Shown piece by piece: positions 59,460-64,000 of a stretch of 64,000 nucleotides of DNA; position 1 is the stretch's first letter, and every line of letters starts with the position of its first letter. Source of the stretch: Gemmatimonadota bacterium (lineage in GTDB: Bacteria > Gemmatimonadota > Gemmatimonadetes > Gemmatimonadales > GWC2-71-9); assembly GCA_039592335.1 (NCBI GenBank), contig JBDHBX010000013.1, forward strand, positions 3,616 to 67,615, in the 5' to 3' direction. The notes below the pieces were generated by a model. That model was given only the letters and a program-made list of their open reading frames with translations, ran no database searches and was not told the DNA's origin. Made by a program: the position numbers and the translations under genes.

Positions 59460-59493
59460 TAAGTTCCGTAACTACAATAGGATAGGGAACTTA
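59460..59493. promoter_or_regulatory. 8-bp perfect inverted repeat (TAAGTTCC-N18-GGAACTTA) flanking an AT-rich loop, abutting the zinc-ribbon start codon
   Basis: The arms are at 59460-59467 and 59486-59493. The loop is the most AT-rich stretch of this spacer. The minus-strand 3' arm ends 3 nt before ATG 59456 and includes the AAGG SD-like bases. Confidence 0.4.
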
Positions 59494-59512
59494 GCCGTCC
59501 CCTCGGCGCGGG

Positions 59513-61054
59513 TCAAGCTGGTGGCCGGAAGCTGCCCCAGGCTTCCCGCAGCGTGTCACTGATCTCGCCCACCGAGGCCCGCGCGCGGACGGCGTCGATG
59601 ATCGGCGGCATCAGCGGGTCGTCGCCCGCGGCTGCCCTCCCGAGCGCCTCGAGCGCCCGGCGCGACGCCACCCGGTCCCGGTCCTCCCGGGCGCTCCGCA
59701 CCCGCGCGACCTGCTGCGCGGCGAGGGCGGAGTAGTCGGGCTCCGAGATCTGGGGCGGCCCCTCCTGTTCGGTGAAGCGGTTCACACCCACCACCACCTT
59801 GCTGCCCGCCTCCACCTCCCGTTGGTACTGGTACGCCGAGCGGGCGATGGCGTCCTGCATGAACCCGCTCTCCACGGCGCGCGCGGCACCTCCCAGCTCA
59901 GCGACCTCATCGAGCAAGGTCCGAGCGGCCCGTTCCACCTGATCGGTGAGATGCTCGACGTAGTGAGAGCCGCCCAGCGGGTCCACCGTCTGGGCCGTTC
60001 CCGATTCGTGGGCCAGGACCTGCTGCGTGCGGAGCGCGAGCCGCGCCGCCTCGGGGCTCGGCAGGGCCAGCGCTTCATCGTAGCTGTTGGTATGCAGCGA
60101 CTGGGTGCCGCCCAGCGCCGCCGCCAACGCCTGCACGGTCACCCGCACCACGTTGTTGAGCGGCTGTTGCGCCGTGAGCGTCGAGCCGGCGGTTTGCGTG
60201 TGGAACCGCAGGCGACAACTCGCGTCGCTCGCACCGTAGCGCTCCCGCAGGAGCGCCGCCCACATCCGCCGCGCGGCCCGGAACTTGGCAATCTCCTCGA
60301 ACAGGTCGTTGTGGGCGGCGAAGAAGAACGAGACGCGTGGAGCGATCTGGTCGATCTCGATACCTACCGCCACCGCCCGGTCCAGGTATTCGAACCCGTG
60401 CGCCAAGGTGAATGCCACCTCCTGCACGGCTGTGGCTCCCGCCTCCCGCATGTGGTAGCCGCTGACCGAGATGGGATTGAAGTTCATCCCCTCGCCCACC
60501 ACAAAGCGGAAGATGTCGGTGACCAGGCGAAGCGATGCCTCGACCGGATAGATATACGTTCCCCGCGCGATGTATTCCTTGAGCACGTCGTTCTGGACCG
60601 TGCCCCGCAGCCGATCCCGCCCCACCCCCTGCTCCTCCGCCACCACGACGTACATCGCCAGGAGGATCGCGGCCGTGGAGTTTATCGTCATCGAGGTGGA
60701 CACTCGATCCAGCGGAATGGCGTCGAACAGCACGGCCAAGTCGTCCACCGTATCGATGGCCACGCCCGCGCGCCCCACCTCGCCCTCGGCCAGCGGCGCG
60801 TCGGAGTCGTAGCCCATCTGCGTGGGGAGATCGAACGCAACCGAGAGCCCGGTCTGCCCGGCCTCGAGCAAGTCGCGAAACCGGTGGTTGGTCTCCTGGG
60901 CCGTGCCAAAGCCGGCGTACTGGCGCATGGTCCAGAGCCGACCCCGGTACATCGTGGGGTGGATCCCGCGGGTGAAGGGAAAGGCGCCCGGCGGCTCCGA
61001 TCCGTAGGACTCCTCGATGGGGAGCCCCGCCGGGGAGCGCCGCTCCTCGCTCAC
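59513..61054 (-). CDS. Methylmalonyl-CoA mutase-family catalytic (large) subunit, no fused B12-binding domain
   Basis: Track ORF trimmed to GTG 61054 (GTGA overlap with the fbp stop). ...[33 protein letters not shown]... and ...[17 protein letters not shown]... are present. The protein ends after the TIM-barrel domain. Confidence 0.88.
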   Translation of the reverse strand: MSEERRSPAGLPIEESYGSEPPGAFPFTRGIHPTMYRGRLWTMRQYAGFGTAQETNHRFRDLLEAGQTGLSVAFDLPTQMGYDSDAPLAEGEVGRAGVAIDTVDDLAVLFDAIPLDRVSTSMTINSTAAILLAMYVVVAEEQGVGRDRLRGTVQNDVLKEYIARGTYIYPVEASLRLVTDIFRFVVGEGMNFNPISVSGYHMREAGATAVQEVAFTLAHGFEYLDRAVAVGIEIDQIAPRVSFFFAAHNDLFEEIAKFRAARRMWAALLRERYGASDASCRLRFHTQTAGSTLTAQQPLNNVVRVTVQALAAALGGTQSLHTNSYDEALALPSPEAARLALRTQQVLAHESGTAQTVDPLGGSHYVEHLTDQVERAARTLLDEVAELGGAARAVESGFMQDAIARSAYQYQREVEAGSKVVVGVNRFTEQEGPPQISEPDYSALAAQQVARVRSAREDRDRVASRRALEALGRAAAGDDPLMPPIIDAVRARASVGEISDTLREAWGSFRPPA

Positions 61055-62073
61055 GTGGCCGCCACCGCGTCCACGTCCGCCACCGTCTGTTGCACGAAGG
61101 CCACGTCGTCCTTGCTGCCGATCAGCAGCGGGGTGCGCTGGTGCAGCTCGGTGGGCTGGATGTCCAGGATGGGCGTCGTGCCGTCCGTCGCCGCACCGCC
61201 CGCCTGCTCCGCGATGAACGCGAGCGGAGCCGCCTCGTACAAGAGACGCAGCTTGCCCTCGGGGGCCTTGGAGTCGGCGGGATACATGAACACGCCGCCG
61301 GAGAGCAGGTTGCGGTGGAAGTCGGCCACCAGAGAGCCGATGTACCGGGCGTTCTTGCGCTGCTCGGAGTTCTCCACGCCCTTGAACGCCTGCACGACCT
61401 TGCGGTACCCGTCGGTCCACCGCTGGTAGTAGCTCTCGTTGATGCTGTAGTACTTCCCCACTTCCGGCGTCTTGATGTCGTGGTCGCACAAGAGGAACTC
61501 GCCGATGGTGGGGTCGAGCGTGAACATGTGCACCCCGCGCCCCACGGTGTACACCAGCACGGTGCTCGATCCGTGGATCACGTACCCGGCCGCAATCTGC
61601 CTGCGTCCCAGCTGCAGGCAGTCCTCCAGCGTGCCGGGGCCCTTCGCGGTCACCCGCTGGTGGACGGAGAAGATCGTGCCGATCGAGACATTGACGTCGA
61701 TATTGGAGGAGCCGTCGAGCGGATCGTGCAGCAGCACGTACTTGCCCGGGTTGTTCTCCTCGGGGATCGGCAACGGCTCGTCATCCTCCTCCGACGCCAT
61801 CACGCACACCCGTCCGGTGTAGGCGATGGACTGCTTCATGGTGTCGTTGGCGATCACGTCGAGCTTCTGCTGCTCCTCGCCCTGCACGTTGGTGCGGCCG
61901 AACGCCCCCAACACGTCCACCAGCCCCGCGCGCCGCACGTAACCCGAGATGACTTTCCCGGCTAGCGCGATGTCGTAGAGCAGCTGGGTAAGCTCACCCG
62001 TGGCCTCGGGGTGCAGCCGCTCCTGCTCGAGGATGAAGCGCTCGATCGTAACCAGTTGCGAATCCGACACCAC
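61051..62073 (-). CDS. fbp: Fructose-1,6-bisphosphatase class 1
   Basis: Track ORF trimmed to GTG 62073 (62070 or 62085 are also possible). ...[22 protein letters not shown]... and ...[20 protein letters not shown]... are present. Confidence 0.92.
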   Translation of the reverse strand: MVSDSQLVTIERFILEQERLHPEATGELTQLLYDIALAGKVISGYVRRAGLVDVLGAFGRTNVQGEEQQKLDVIANDTMKQSIAYTGRVCVMASEEDDEPLPIPEENNPGKYVLLHDPLDGSSNIDVNVSIGTIFSVHQRVTAKGPGTLEDCLQLGRRQIAAGYVIHGSSTVLVYTVGRGVHMFTLDPTIGEFLLCDHDIKTPEVGKYYSINESYYQRWTDGYRKVVQAFKGVENSEQRKNARYIGSLVADFHRNLLSGGVFMYPADSKAPEGKLRLLYEAAPLAFIAEQAGGAATDGTTPILDIQPTELHQRTPLLIGSKDDVAFVQQTVADVDAVAAT

Positions 62074-64000
62074 AGTATCCCCCACCCGGAAGAAGGCTGT
62101 CCCTGATCGATCGAAAAATAGCGCCCATCCGAGCGGATCGTTACCGTGCCGCCCCGATCGGTGCGCCACACCGGAATCTGCCTGGCGGCCAACCGCTCGA
62201 GCACCGCGGGCGCCGGGTGGCCGTAGCGGTTCCGGCCTACGCTGATGACGGCCGCCTTGGGTCGCACGCGGTCCAGCCACCACCCGGTAGTCCCCCCGGC
62301 GGAGCCGTGGTGGCCCACCTTGAGGAGGTCCATCTCCGGGACGCGGTGGGCGAGCAGCGACTCGGCGGGAGCACCGATGTCACCAGTGAACAGGGCATCG
62401 AAGCAGCCGTACCGCAGGTGCGCCACCACCGAGTTCTCGTTGGGCTCGGCGCGCCGCGTGATCCAGCGCTGCGACGGATGCAGGACGGCGAGCACCACGG
62501 AGTCCATCACCAGGGTGTCGCCCGCCCGCGCCGCGCGCCACGACATCCCGTGCCGGTCCACCAGGCCCAGATACTCCAGGTAGAGAGGCGTTCCCAGCGC
62601 CTGCCCCGGGTCCAACACCAGGTGGGCATCGAACTCCTGCAGCACCGCCGGCACACCGCCCAAGTGGTCGGCGTCGCCGTGCGACACCACCAGCGCCGCC
62701 AGCTCAGCCACCCGCTGCCGGCGGAGAAACGGGGCCACTACCCGCCGACCCATGTCGCCTGCCGTGCCGCGCGGCCCGGCATCCAGCAGCATCCAGTGAC
62801 CGCCCGGAGTCCTGATCGCGATGCCGTCGCCCTGGCCGACGTCCAGCAGGTGGATGGCGAGCTCTCCGGCGCGCTCGCTCGACCCAAGCGCCGCTGTGGC
62901 GAGCAGCCCCCAGCTCCCGAGGGCCGAGGCCAGCAGCACCCGCCGCACGACGAGGGCCCAAGGGGGCCGGCGGCACGAGAGCCACACGACCGCCAGCAGG
63001 AGGGCCAACCATGGCGCGGCGGCAGTCGGGCCCGGAGCAACGCTGAAGTGCCCGCCGGGGAGCAGCGCTGCCCACCGAGCGGTCTGCTCCAACGCGGCCA
63101 GCACGAGGCCAGCCCCCCCGGCTATGACGCCGAGCGCCAGGCTTGCCAACACGCCGGGCACCGCGACGCCTGCCAGGGGCACCGCGACCAGGTTCGCCAG
63201 CAGCCCCGCGGGCGACACCGATCCGAACGTGTGCGCCGTGATGGGTGCGGTCGCCAGGGTCGCCCCCAACGACGCGGCTGCCAGCTGCGCCACAGGATGG
63301 CGCCGACGTCGTTGGGGCAGCAACCGCGTGCCCCACCGGGTGCCCCACACGGCGGCGACGGACAGCCAGGTGCCCACGCCCGCTGCCGCGGCCGGATCGA
63401 GCAACAGCACCACGAGCACTGCGACCGCGAGCACGGCCGAGAACGGTGGATGCCGCTGGCGGATACGGGCGACCGCGTAGAGGGTGAAGAAGCCTGCCGC
63501 GCGCGTGGCGGGCGCGGGAAAGCCCAACAGGGACACGTATGCCCACGTCGCCACCGCGCTGCCGAGCCACGCGCCTCGCTGCGGCAGCACCCGGCGCAAT
63601 GCCAGCAGGAGCCATCCGGCAATGATCCCCACGTGGAGCCCGGAGATCGCCAACAGGTGGGCGAGCCCCGCCCGCACGAACTCGCGCCGCACCGCCGGAT
63701 CCACATCGTGGCGGCTTCCCAACACCATCGCCTCCACCAACCCGGAGCGCTCGCCGTACAGGGCCCGTAGCCGTCGCGCCACGAGCCCACGTGCCCTGAA
63801 GCGGAGCGGACGCGGACCGGCAAGGACACGCAGGTGCGAGACGCTGACGACCCCTCCCGGGCGCGCCGTGCCCACCGCCACCAGGCGGCTCCCGGCCGGC
63901 GGCGGCGCCTCCCAGAGGCGCAGCCGAACCGTGCCGCCGCACCCCTCTGCGGCGTGTAGCACCGAGGCGGTCGTGACACCGCGGCGCCCCGGAGCGTCGT
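61962..64000 (-). CDS. comEC: DNA internalisation-related competence protein ComEC/Rec2 (N-terminus probably beyond the right edge)
   Basis: It has a polytopic competence domain (...[15 protein letters not shown]...) followed by a metallo-beta-lactamase domain (...HLLDVGQGD..., [12 protein letters not shown]). The frame is still open at base 64000. The 3' end overlaps fbp by about 112 nt. Confidence 0.85.
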   Translation of the reverse strand, partial: DAPGRRGVTTASVLHAAEGCGGTVRLRLWEAPPPAGSRLVAVGTARPGGVVSVSHLRVLAGPRPLRFRARGLVARRLRALYGERSGLVEAMVLGSRHDVDPAVRREFVRAGLAHLLAISGLHVGIIAGWLLLALRRVLPQRGAWLGSAVATWAYVSLLGFPAPATRAAGFFTLYAVARIRQRHPPFSAVLAVAVLVVLLLDPAAAAGVGTWLSVAAVWGTRWGTRLLPQRRRRHPVAQLAAASLGATLATAPITAHTFGSVSPAGLLANLVAVPLAGVAVPGVLASLALGVIAGGAGLVLAALEQTARWAALLPGGHFSVAPGPTAAAPWLALLLAVVWLSCRRPPWALVVRRVLLASALGSWGLLATAALGSSERAGELAIHLLDVGQGDGIAIRTPGGHWMLLDAGPRGTAGDMGRRVVAPFLRRQRVAELAALVVSHGDADHLGGVPAVLQEFDAHLVLDPGQALGTPLYLEYLGLVDRHGMSWRAARAGDTLVMDSVVLAVLHPSQRWITRRAEPNENSVVAHLRYGCFDALFTGDIGAPAESLLAHRVPEMDLLKVGHHGSAGGTTGWWLDRVRPKAAVISVGRNRYGHPAPAVLERLAARQIPVWRTDRGGTVTIRSDGRYFSIDQGQPSSGWGILWCRIRNWLRSSASSSSRSGCTPRPRVSLPSCSTTSR

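Overview
High-GC (roughly two-thirds G+C by eye), densely coding bacterial chromosomal window. I found no rRNA, CRISPR array, transposase, integrase or phage gene. The gene content (Rnf, T9SS/FlgD-like sorting domain, DUF5916-like outer-membrane protein, HprK plus mannose-type PTS) suggests Gemmatimonadota or a related FCB-group lineage, but that is a low-confidence inference. All homology calls come from motif recognition by eye; no searches were run.

Layout:
(1) 1-6927: accessory-looking locus with a GH3-like adenylating enzyme, two GNAT-fold proteins, an MMPL exporter, a CapA-type metallophosphoesterase and a radical-SAM/SPASM-like enzyme. Its three transcription units each carry the tandem heptamer GCTTGAC-N4-GCTTGAC.
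(2) tRNA-Ser(GGA) at 7065-7151.
(3) 7525-21707: one co-directional ferredoxin block, korA-korB-orphan gene-rnfB-1673-aa PFOR-like enzyme-rnfC-D-G-E-A-Cys-rich micro-protein. The oversized PFOR gene splits rnfB from rnfC and carries its own C-terminal ferredoxin. This is my best candidate for an undescribed arrangement.
(4) 21832-28993: ECF sigma, anti-sigma, secretin-N-like lipoprotein, histidine kinase, OmpR-type regulator and a DUF5916-like protein, with a thrice-repeated CCCTTAC-N6-CCGAC element.
(5) 29054-64000: every gene is on the minus strand: tadA, clpB, a cargo-less sorting-domain protein, recO-selB (GTGA-coupled), a cobalamin riboswitch driving btuF-C-D-B, then a near gap-free 22-gene array (zinc ribbon, argS, pfkB, purM, ribD-E-BA-H, nusB, GT4, hpf, hprK, a complete Man-family PTS, ptsH, ptsI, metK, ahcY, nuclease, membrane protein), preceded by comEC, fbp and a mutase catalytic subunit.

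Many long ORFs in the track are antisense shadows typical of high-GC DNA and were rejected.
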